A stretch of 47,068 bases of DNA from Chiloscyllium plagiosum (Eukaryota). Positions 21,001-33,000 of this stretch are shown in pieces; position 1 is the first letter of the stretch, and each line of letters starts with the position of its first letter. The stretch is from positions 10,177,289-10,224,356 of the forward strand of contig NC_057756.1 of assembly GCF_004010195.1 (NCBI RefSeq). The letters run 5' to 3'. Made by a program: the position numbers and the translations under genes. The notes beneath the pieces are model-generated. The model did not search any database and was not told the DNA's origin. It saw only the letters and a list, made by a program, of their open reading frames with translations.

Positions 21001-24000
21001 TCAGCAGTCGTGATACCTATCGCTTTACCAGCTGTAAATTTGTGAGAGAACGGGCCAGCAAGTTGATCCTGACTAACCTGCTGTGGAAATAGCAACCAGT
21101 CCGAGGCTCCTCAACAGATCGGTGACAGTCTCAGCAACTTCAATCCGGTTTGATTGGTCTGGAATAGGCCTTTATGCTAAATATCTGGAGTTCAGGGGGA
21201 GGGATCAATTTCTCCTCTTTCCACCACCAGTTTGTTGGTTTTTTTTATGTTAATGTCCTCGAACTGAGTTAGATATGTTATGCCATTCAAACATTCAAAC
21301 ATCACTGCAGATCATGTGTAAGCAGGACTGAGTGAGGATGGCAGATTTCCTTCCCTAATGGGGTCTTGCAGCAATTCATGGTTTAAATTTAATTGGATTG
21401 GACCTGATCAGATGTACCCTAGAACTCTGTGGGAAGCTAGGGAAGTGATTGCTGGGCCTCTTGCTGACATTTGGATCATTGATAGTCACAGGTGAGGTGT
21501 CAGAAGACTGGAGTTGGCTAATGTGGTGCCACTATTTAAGAAGGGGACAACTGAAAAGCTCGGGAATTATAGAGCCTGATGTCAGTGGTGGGCAAGTTAT
21601 AGAATCATACAGCACAGAAACAGACCCTCTGGTCCAACTCATCCATGCTGACCCAGGTATCCCAACCCAATCTAGTCCCACCTGCCAGCACCCAGCCCAT
21701 ATCCCTCCAAACCCTTCCAATTCACACACCCATCCAGATGCCTTTTAAATGTTGCAATTGTATGAGCCTCCACCACTTCCTCTGGCAGCTCATTCCATAC
21801 ATGAACCTTGTTGGAGGGAATCCTGAGGGACAGGATTTATATGTATTTTGGAAAGGCAAAGACTAATTAGGGATAGTCAGCATAGCTGTGTGCATGGGAA
21901 ATCATGTCTCACAAAGTTGATTTTGAGTTTTTTTTTGAAGAAGTAACAAAGAGGATTGATGAGGGTGGAATAATTGACATGATCTATGTGGACTTCAATA
22001 AGTAAACTTGATAAGGTTACTCATGGGAGAATGGTTAGCAATGTTAGATCTCACTGGATAGAGGGAGAACTAGCCACTTGGATACAAAACTGGCTCGAAG
22101 GTAGAAGATTGGTGGCGTTACAAGCTTGCTTTACCAACTGGAGGCCTATGACCAGTGGAGTACCACAAAGATTGGTGCTGGATCCACTCCTTTTCCTTAT
22201 TTATATAAATGATTTGGGGATAAATGATTTGGACATAGGAGATATAGTTAGTTAGTTTGCAGATGACACCAAAATTAGAGGTGTAGTGGACAGTGAAGAA
22301 GGTAACCTCAGATTACAACGTGATCTTGATCAGATGGACCAATGGGTTGGGGAATGGCAGATGGAATTTAATTTACATAAATGCGGGGTGCTGCATTTGG
22401 GAAAAGCACACCTTAGCAAGACTTATACACCTAATGGTAAGGTCTCAGGGAATGTTGCTGAACAAAGGTGTTGTCCCATTCCTCCCCCTATCCCACGCCC
22501 CCCAAGTCGAAGCAAAATGCTTAGAGACGCAGTATAAGACCGTAAGACACCGGAGTGGAAGTAAGGCCATTTGACCCATCGAGTCCACTCCACCATTCAA
22601 TCATGGCTGATGAGCATTTCAATTCCACTTACCCGCACTCTCCCCGTATTCCTTAATCCCTTGTGAGATCAAGAATTTATCAATCTCTGCCTTGAAGACA
22701 TTTAACATCCCGATTCCCACTGCACTCCGTGGCAATGAATTCCATAGGCCCACCACACTCTGGCTGAAGAAATGTCTCCTCATTTCCATTTTAAATTGAC
22801 CCCCTCTAATTCTAAGGCCTTGCCCTAGTATCCCTCCCTGACAGAAACAAATTCCCAGTGTCCACCTTTTCTAAGCCATACATTATCTTGTAATTTTCTA
22901 TTAAATCTCCCCTCAACCTTCTGAACTCTAATGAATACAATCCCAGGATTCTCAGTCATTATGTTAGGCTTACCATTCCAGGGATCATCCATGTGAATCT
23001 CTGCTGGACACGCTCCAGTGCCAGTACGTCCTTCCTGAGGTGTGGGGCCCAAATCTGGACACAGTATTCTAAATGGGGCCTAACCAGATCTTTATAAAGT
23101 CTCCGTAATACATCGCTGCTTTTACATTCCAAGCCTCTTAAGATAAATGACAACATTACATTTGCTTTCTTAACCATGGACTCAACCTCCGACTCAACCT
23201 CCAAATCAACCTTTAGAGAATCCTGGATTAGCACTCCCAGACCCCTTTGTACTTTGGCTTTATGAATTTATTCATTGTTTAGAAAATAGTCCAGCCCGCA
23301 TTCTTTTTTCCAAAGTGCAAGACCTTGCATTTGCTCATGTTGAATTTCATCAGTATAGTTTTACCTCCTCCATCCAGGCGCTGGAGGGAGAGAGAATGGC
23401 CGCCAATGTGCACAGGGACATCAGTTCCCTGTCTTCTCTGGAACTGTAGTTTCTCAATGAACTGTATAGTTTACAGGGAGGAGCATCCAGACAAGGCAAC
23501 ATACATAGTGATTGGGTGACCATTCCAATCAGTGAGCATCAACCGTAAAGATTAAGCCATCTGCTGTTACACAATGAATAATTGGCTTTACATAATGAGT
23601 ACATTTTCACCTTGTTAACTGATGTTACATACTGAATGCTACCTCATCCTGTTAAATGCTTTTCCACCTTGTTAACCCATTATCCTTGCCTCCAGCATCC
23701 CATTCTTAATTGTAAATTCTTATCTAATCTGAGTCATGCTCAGCTGCACCTCTTATTTTGCACAACTCAAAACTTAACTCTTTCCCTGCCTGCTTATACC
23801 CTATTCACATTCTCAAAAAGACCTTGGAGTGCAGGTTCATAGCTCCTTGAAAGTAGATAGGATCGTGAAGAAGGCGCTTGGTATGCTTTCCTCTATTGGT
23901 CGCAGTATTGAATATAGGAGTTGGGAGGTCATGTTGCAGCTGTACAGGATGTTGGTTTGGCCACTTTTGGAATATTGTATGCAATTCTGGTGTCCCTCCT

Positions 24001-27000
24001 ATTGGAAGGATGTTGTGAAATTTGAAAGGGGACAGAAGAGATTTCCAAGGATGTTGCCAGGCTTGGAGGATTTGAGCTATAGAGAGAGGTTGAATAGGCT
24101 GGGACTGTTTTTCTTGGATCATCTGAGGCTGAGGGGTGACCTTCTAGAAGTTCATAAAATCATGAGGGGCATGAATAGGATAAATAGACAAGTTCTTTTC
24201 CCTGAGGTGAGGGAGTCCAGAACTAGAGGGCATAGGTTTAGGGTGAGAGGGGAAAGATATAAAAAAGTCCTACAGGGCAAAATTTTCACTGAGAGGGTGG
24301 TGTGTGTATAGAATGAGCTGCCAGAGGATGTGGTGGAGGCTGGTACAATGACAACTGGATGGGTACTGTATATGAATAGGAAGGGTTTGGAGGGATATGG
24401 GCCAAGTGCTGGCAAATGGATCTAGATTAGGTTGGGGATATCTGGTCAGCATGGTCAAGTTGGACTGAAGGGTCTGTTTCTGTGCTGTACTTCTCTATGA
24501 CTATGAAATTCCGCCCTTCACTAAGAGTGATAACTTGTGGTGTGAGGTCTAGTGTGGAAGTACTGAGCTAATATTGCAGCCACAGACACATTTCACTCTT
24601 GTGCTTGTTTGTAGATCTGTTATTTTGGGCTATGGGAGTTGAAGTACACCCCCCCCCCCCCCCCCCCCCCCCCCCACAGGATCGGTGGCAGCCACCATAC
24701 CCCGGAGTTGGAACCTCCCATGGACTCAGACCCCACCATTGTGAAGATGTATCTCAGAATTGCTAACAGATTCTGAATTTAAAACAGCCAAAACCCACAA
24801 ATATCCTTGACTTTAGGCTTTGTCTTTTTCAACTGGTTCAATATAATTTCCCGATCAGAGCTGAAATTTGTAACTTGGTTCTATTTTATGACCAATCCAC
24901 CATGTTAAAATGCCCTTTATCACTCCTCCCTCTTTTCTCTCTCTCTGCCTCGGTCTGACTTTCCCTCTGTCTCTCTCCCCCTTCTTCCATCTCTCTTCTC
25001 CCCTTTTTTTCCTTCCTACCGTGTGTGTGTCTGTCTGTCTCCATCACATACCCTCATCTCCCCACCCAATCTCGACACTTTCCTGGTGAAGACTGACTGC
25101 CTTAGCTGTTTTCTGAGTGAACTGGGAGTTTTAATTTGGCCGGATTTTCAATGAGATCTGCCTTTTTGTGCTGGCAGCTCCCGTTGCCGTAGGAACCTGG
25201 CGGTGAATTGCAGTGTTTTAAGATAAGGCCTTTCATGGCTGTGCTCCAAACAGCTTTTTGTTCTCAGATCACTTGAGAGCAAACCATTTCGACAACTTCC
25301 TTTCACTTTTGCTGCAGTCTGCCATTCTTTTTTTTCCCCCCCACCCCCTTCATGTTGCGCCCACACCTCCCCCCTCACCTCCCCTCCAAGGCCCCAATGG
25401 ATCCTTCCATGCAAATTTACCTGCACCGCCACACACATCATTTACTGTATCCGTTGCACCCGATGTGGTCTCCTCTACATTGGGGAGACAGGCCGTCTAC
25501 TTGCGGAACGTTTCAGGGAACACCTCTGGGACACCTGCACCAACCAACCCAACTGCCCCGTGGCTGAACACTTTAACTCCCCCTCCCACTCCGCCAAGGA
25601 CATGCAGGTCCTTGGCCTCCTCCCTACTTTATCTCCGTCCCAACTCCCGGATTCAGCACCGCCCTCTTGACCTGCAATCTCCTTCCCGACCTCACCGCCC
25701 CCACCCCTCTCTCCGGCCTATCACCCTCACCTCCTTCCACCTATCGTATTCCCAGCACCCCTCCCCCCCTACCCTTTATCTCAGCCTGCTTGGCACACCA
25801 GCCTCATTCCTGAAGAAGGGCTTATGCCCGAAACGTTGATTCTCCTGCTCCTCGGATGCTGCCTGGCCTGCTGTGTTTTTCCAGCACCACATTTTTGAAC
25901 TATGTTCCCTCCCATTGCCTTGTTCAGCTCCATTCCCTCACTAACCCCCCCATCCCCGCCCTCTCCCTCTCAGTAGGGACCCTGGGGTGGGGGCAGTGGC
26001 CATCTTTCAGATGAGGCCTGACGTTGAGATATAAAGATAAGAGCCATTTCCTGTAACAAAGAATTCTGTGAAATCCTCACCACCCCACCATCACTATAAC
26101 AGGTTAACTGGGCCATTGTCACCTCCCTGTTTGTACGTTTTTGCTGTGCATAGCATATTGCCCTGGTGGTTCGGTGGTTTGCACTATTGTCTCTCAGCGC
26201 CAGGGACATATGTTTGATTCCTCTGACGAATGTGTCTTTGTGGAGTTTGCATGTTCTCCATATCTGCATGGGTGTCCTCCGGGTGCTCTGGTTTCCCACC
26301 ATAGTCCAGAGATGGGTGGATCGGCCATGGGAAATTGCCCATAGTGTCCAGGGATATAGAGGCTAGGTCATAGAGCTGTACTACACGGAGACCTTTGGTC
26401 CAACTTGTCCATACTGACCAGATATCCTAAATTAATCTTGTCCTATTTGCTAGCATTTGGCCTATATCCCTCTTAACCTTTCCTATTCATGTATCCATCC
26501 AGATGCCTTTTAAATGTTGTAATTGTGCCAGCTTCCTCCACTTCCCCTGCCAGCTCATTCCATACACACACCACCCCTGGTCTCTTTTTTTTAAATCTTT
26601 ACCCTCTCATCTTAAACCTATGCCCTTTAGTTTCAGACTCCCTTATTCCAGGAAAAAGATCTTGGCTAATCATGTTATCTATGCCCTTCATGATTTCATA
26701 AGTCTCTATAAAATCACCTCTTGGCCTCTGAGGCACCAAGGAAAACAGCACCTGGACTATTTACTGAACACTGGAGATAAGAGTAAAAAGTAGAATTATC
26801 TATCCTTACCCTGTACAGGCCAATTAGGTGCTTAAGTGTAGGACTGAGAAAACATTCCTACAGGTCAAGAAAGCTTAAATACAGCAAAGGAGCTCCTCCA
26901 TTGCCATCCTCACTATAACCCTCCAAGATCCTAGCAGCTTCTTCAAGCCACATCCCATTCAATTCACACATGGCCCTGACAAAGGTGAATTAGCCATGGG

Positions 27001-30000
27001 AAATATGGGACTATGGCAGGACAGTGGGAAGCTGTGTCTGAGTAGGAGGGTCTGTGCAGACTTGGTGGATCAGTGGCCTCTTCACATTGTAGGGATTCTA
27101 TGATTCTCAGATTTTCTACGTTGAACTCATGCCAGTTCTTCTGATTGTGAAGTGCATCTTTTCCCTCGAGTGTAGAATATTCAAAGGTTGTTCTGTTGGC
27201 TCTCATTTCCACTCTCTCTGGTCCATCAGGTTTCCTCCAGATATCAATAACCTGAGGCAGTTCTAATGGGATATAACCAACGTTCTTTTAGTAAAGCATA
27301 ATGCATCACAAAACAAACTGCAAAAATCCTACCGCACAATGCTTACACTCTCAAGTGAACTGGTTTCTGCGGATTTGTCAGAGGACAGCAGCAGGACAGG
27401 CATTGCTCAGGTGATTTCCACTTCCCTCGAGCTAGCTAACTATGCTCTGAGGCAAAGTTTGGTCTCATAAGTACTCTTTCCATGCAAAGAAGCTGTAGGT
27501 TCTAATTCTGACACTGTCCCGTCTCCAGCATATAATAATCATACCAATATACAGCACCGAAACTGACCCTTCGATCTGACTTATCCATGCTGACCAGATA
27601 TCCTAAATTCATCTAGTTCCATTTGCCAGCACCTGGCCCAAATCCCTCTTAAACCTTTACTATTCATATCCCCATTAAACCTTTCCTATTCATATACCCA
27701 TCAAGATGCCTTTTAAATGTTGTGTAGAATGATAGAATCCCTTGAGTGTGGAAACAGGCCATTCAACCCATTGAGCCCACACCAACCTTCTGAAGAGCTG
27801 CCCATACCCCTACCCTTTAGATATACCATGCATTTCCTGTGGCTAATCCACCGAGCCAGAACAACCTCAGACAGTCTGTGCAATTTAGTGGTCCACCCTC
27901 CCTGCACATCTTTGGACTGGGAGGAAGCCAGAGCACCCAGAGAAAACCCATGCAAGTGCTGGGAGAATGTCTACACGGAGTTTGCACAGTCACCCAAGGG
28001 TGGAATTGAACCTGGGTCCTTAGTGCTGTGAGGCAGCAGTGCTAACCACTGAGCCATCAGATTGACAACTGGCAAGCATCACAAACATGTCATGCATTCC
28101 AGATGGGTTTAGTCCATTAATTCAGTCAGACCTATCTGCATCTCCATGGAAAGAGGCTTAACTCTTGATTTTAACTAACCCTGACCTCTGTTTTAGCTTA
28201 TACTCATTGTTCACCACTTTTAGATCTCCTCCAAGCTTCTGCACTATAATTATGTAGCAAAATTCCACCACAGTCACGCATTCAGCTGATGAGCAGTCCA
28301 CATCTCATTTCAGGCAGTTCAGGCCATTGGTGTTGAGTTCCTGCACTCAGTATAAACATCCTTCAGCTAACCACAAACAGACTAAAATAGACAATCTTCT
28401 GAGCATTGGGTCATCACCAGGCTTCATATGTTTTCTCCTTCTGGTTTCATTCTTGTTTAATTTAGCTTCACTTGGGCTCATCCAGTAACTTCATTTAAGA
28501 TTTTCAAGGTATGAACAAGGGACGTGAGATGACTCAAACACTTGAGGGAGAGAAACCATTTCCTTTGGCGGTTGGGGGCAGGGAACAAAGTGGGTGGTGT
28601 GTTACTTGTTTTAGGGGGTATATCTAAGTGTCTGAAGCTTCTGAGCCAATGGTTGATATTTACAGACACTTGAAATATGGAGCACCCTCCACATTTTAAA
28701 AAAAAAGGCAAAGGATTGATTGGGTTTGGAGTCTTCAGGAATATGGAAATGGGATCTGGAGTTGCGGGGTGGGGGGGGGGGAGGCTGGTGAAAGGGGAGG
28801 GGATTTGTCCAAGCATGGAACAGGCCTGAGGGTTGAAGGGCAGGGTCTCCTCCAATTCCTGAATTGTGGATAATGATACCTTGGGTTTTCAATGCTTTAT
28901 GCTGATGCCTGTTTATTTCTCTCCTGTGTCCCTTACTCACTACAGTTTGTGATGCCCAGAACGTGAAAGTGGAACCCTTCATTTACGGCTACGTGGGGAA
29001 CCAGGCAATCCTGCGGTGCCAGTTTGTGGATCCTGACAACTCGCTCCAGGTCACACAGATCACCTGGATGAAGAACCCCACCACCAGTAAGGTGAACCTG
29101 GCTGTGTACAACCCCGACTTTGGCATCAACTATCCGACTGACACCGGCGGCCGCATCCACTTTCGCAAGGTCACCAACACGGACGCCACGCTGATCATTG
29201 ATCGCCTGGAGATGGCGGATGATGGGATTTACAGTTGCGAGTTCGCTACCTACCCTGATGGCAACCAGGATGCTACCACCAACTTGACCATCCTAGGTAG
29301 GAAGAATGTCTTCCTTTCCTTGGACACTCCTCTTTTTTTCCCCATAGTGCAGTGGCTTTGACCCTATTGGACAAGGGCAGTCTACACTGGAGCTGAGGGC
29401 CATCTCTGTCTTCCCTGCTCCTCTTCGAATCTGGACCTCCCACAATATCTCCAATCACTCAATTCCCCACTGTCCGCATCCTATGGGATTACCATTGACC
29501 AGAAGCTCAACTTGTCTTACCATATAAACACAGCAACTATAAGAGCATCTCCTGATTCTCCAAAACCTGTCCACCATCTACATGGCACAAGTCAGGAGTA
29601 TGAGGGAATGCTCCCCACTTGGCCCTGCAGCTCTAACAACACTCAAGAAGCTCAACACCATCCAAGACGAAGCAACTCTTGCTCAATTGGCATCACATCC
29701 ACAAACGTCCACTTCCTCCACCCCCAATGCTCAGTAGCAGCAATATGTAGCATTTACAAGATGTGCTGCTGGAATTCACCGAAGATCCTCAGGCAGAATC
29801 TTCCAGCCTCGTGACTACTTCCATCTAGAAAGTCAAGGGCAGCAGGTACAGGGGAACACCACCCACATCAATTTCCCCTCCGAGCCCCTCACCATCCTGG
29901 CTTGGAAATATATCGGCCGTTCCTTCAGTGTCACTGGGTCAAAATCCTGGCATTCACTCCCAAAGGGCATTGTGGGTCTATCTCCAGCACGTGAGCTGCA

Positions 30001-33000
30001 CCAGTTCAAGAAGGCCGCTCCCCCCCCCCCCACCTTCACCAGGGTGATTCAAGGATTGGCAGTCAATGTTGGCTCAGTCAGTGTGTCCACCCCCTCCAGA
30101 AAGAGCAATGAGAGGCCATTCAGTGGTCTGTGCTTGTACTGGCTCATGTTTGAATGAACCCCATCCATTTTTGTGTCACGTTTGCCCTCTCCATTTCCCC
30201 CATTGAGTTTGTGGTGGAGACCCTGGATTTGAGAAGTGCTGCACTTCCCAGTTCCTCAGGGACAGCTAACCTGTGAAGCATTGTCACTCTGAATAGATTG
30301 TTCTGCCAGTCAGCCATGTTGGTGTGGGGCTGGGGGACACGAATCACCCACAGACCCTGTAGGGAGGGCAGATCACCTTCTTTTATAAATGGGACAGCAC
30401 AGAGGCTTCTAACTACAATCCTAAAGCCCTGCTGTCACCCATTTCCAAGTTTGCTTTGTTGTCTTTTTTTGGGGGGAGGGAAGACGGTAATGGAAATGTG
30501 GAGTGACTTTCTCAAAAAAGAGAGGATTTGAATGCAAATAAATTCCTGATATTAATTCCAGGCTCGAGGATGGGGGGGGGGGGATTGTTTGACCTCGTCG
30601 TATGACCCGGGAGATGTCACCTTGAACCTTGGGAAGTGCTCATGGACAGCCTTGTTTCTCATCCCTGTGCCTTTTGCTCATTGTTTATTTCTCCTCTCCT
30701 CCCTCTCTCACAGCCAAGCCAGAGAATTCAGGCAAAACGATCCTTGTCCAAGCTGGACACGCTGAAGTCCCCGTCGCCAGGTGTGTCTCTGCAAATGGGA
30801 AGCCTCCAGCCACCATCAACTGGTCAGGGGGCTCTGAGGGCAACGTTTCTGAGACTGTTACCAAAAACAACAACGGCACTTTCACAGTGACGAGCGAATA
30901 CTTGATGATTCCCACCGGTGACAACAACGGGGAGAAGCTGACCTGTGTGGTAATGCAACAGGCACTCGATCGGCCAGAGACCATTCCCATCACACTCTCT
31001 GTACAGTGTAAGTACTCGTGGGTGTGCCCAGCTCTCTGCTCCATTCCCCTGGTTGCTGAAATCGACCTTTTCTCTAACCATTTCAGTGTGTTACTCTTGG
31101 GCAGCTGTTCTTGACTCGTTCTGTTCTGACAAGACTCTTGTCAATGTGAATTTGCAGTTGTCGAATTGGGAACACTGTTTCTAAAGCATAAACTTTTAAA
31201 ACGTGTTGGCTGTAACATGATTACCTTGCCAACACTTTAAACACTGTTTCTAAAGTGTGATTTTTCTTGAACACTGGGTTGCACAAGAATGCAGCCATCA
31301 TATTATAGAAGGACTGTTTCTATCTGGCTAGGAAATACCATTCCAGCAAATATATTTCTACAGCCAAACCAGCTTCATTCATCAAAAAAAACTACTAAGC
31401 ACTGGGAAATATCAGTGTTAATTCCCAATGTTTGTGCAAGCGTAGCAGTGGTTAGCACTGCTGCTTCCCAGCGCGAGGGACGAGGTTCGATTTCACCCTT
31501 GGGCAACTGTCTGGGTGGAGCTTGCACATTCTCCCTGTATCTGCGTGTATTTCCTCCTGGGTGCTCCAGTTTCCTCCTCAGTTCAAAGATACACAGGTTA
31601 GATTATGTCTTAGCCATGGGAAATGCAGGGTTTTAGTGGGGATCTGACTCCGGGTGGATACTAGATACGTCAACTAGCCTCTTTCCGCATTGTTGGAATT
31701 CTATGATTCCTTCAGGTGAACATTTCAATCATTGGGAGCAGGCTTGTGTCACTTGCCTACTCCATCTGGGTGTGCGTGTAGCAGGTTTTCAGCAATGGAA
31801 CGGTCCCAAAGACAATCCGTACAAATGTGACTGAGGCTCTGAAATATTGGTAGAGGTGACTTAAAGCTTGGTCAGACAGAGAACTTTTAATAAGTGGCTT
31901 TGTAGGTGAGGTGATTCCAGAGCTGAGGGCCCGGGCAGCTGAATGCGTAGCTCCCAATGGAGGACTGTTAAGAATCACGGTAGATGCTGGAAGAAGTGAC
32001 AGACTCAGGAAGGGATTAGGGGCTGGAGGAGGTGACAGAGGATTCCAATACAGGGATGTATATTTTTGCTCCTGAATCTCTTTTTTTGGGGCAGTGTGTG
32101 ACATTTTTCCTTAAATCTCTGAATTTTCAGATGCACCTATCGTGAGCATTGAGGGATATGATGAAAACTGGTACCTGGACCGGGAGCATGCTTCATTGAC
32201 CTGTAGCGCAAAAGCCAACCCCCAAACTTTGAATTACAAATGGCTCCTGTGAGTATTAAATTCCTAAATTAAGTTAATTTTTTTGATCTGGTCGAGGGTG
32301 TGTTGAGAGGATATAATGTGTGAATATCCAGAATGCAGGACCCAACAGAATGTCAATAGAGTTTCCATGGAAACTGGTAAATGGGCCACCACAGCTAGGA
32401 GTAATGAGGCCACTCAGCCCTTCTGTCCTGATTATCAGAGGGTGGTTCATCTGCAGTATGACGATAACGAGTTAAACAGAGGGGTCTCCGTTAATCCCCT
32501 TAACCCAACAAAAATCTAACTCTACTTTCTAACTTTCTCTTATAAACATTCCCTGCCTGTCCCTGAATGCATAATGTTTTTGTGGTCTGTGTCCTGATGA
32601 GTATCATCATCCAAATTTCTCCATATTGGGCCCAGTGTTTATTTGCCTTTATATTGATTTTCTATATCCTGATGACTCTTGTCTCTTTCACTTCTCCAGT
32701 TCCCTCAGTTTGTGTTTGGCTCTGCGTTAGGACCAATCTAGGTGACCTCTCCCTTCCTCATTCTGATTCGAATGGTTTTGCCCCTCACTCCGTTTCCCCC
32801 CAACATCATGTGCTGAGTGGAATAAAGGAGCCCTTGTCTAACCTAACCATGACTTGACTGATGGGCACGGCCAGAATGGTTGCTGGTCCCCCTTTACTGA
32901 AGGATCACTCATCAGGAGGGGACATCGTTTAAGGTGAAGGGCAGGCAGTTTCGAGGGCATTTGAGGAAGAAAATGATTTTCATTCAAAGGGTTGTGGGGG

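Larger units (their letters stand above)
21400..24506 (+). mobile_element. Long CR1-type LINE ORF2 remnant interrupted by inserts at 21599-21807 and 22469-23815
   Basis: DKVTHGR, SGVPQ, FADDTK and ORF 23829-24311 motifs are colinear; ...ctgaacaaag resumes as agaccttggagtgcagg after the large insert (compare the intact junction at 2137-2165). Confidence 0.9.

Noticed and set aside
25258..25839. 193-aa Pro-rich ORF
   Set aside because: It is an off-frame reading of the C-rich Penelope endonuclease region; the meaningful frame is the GIY-YIG one.
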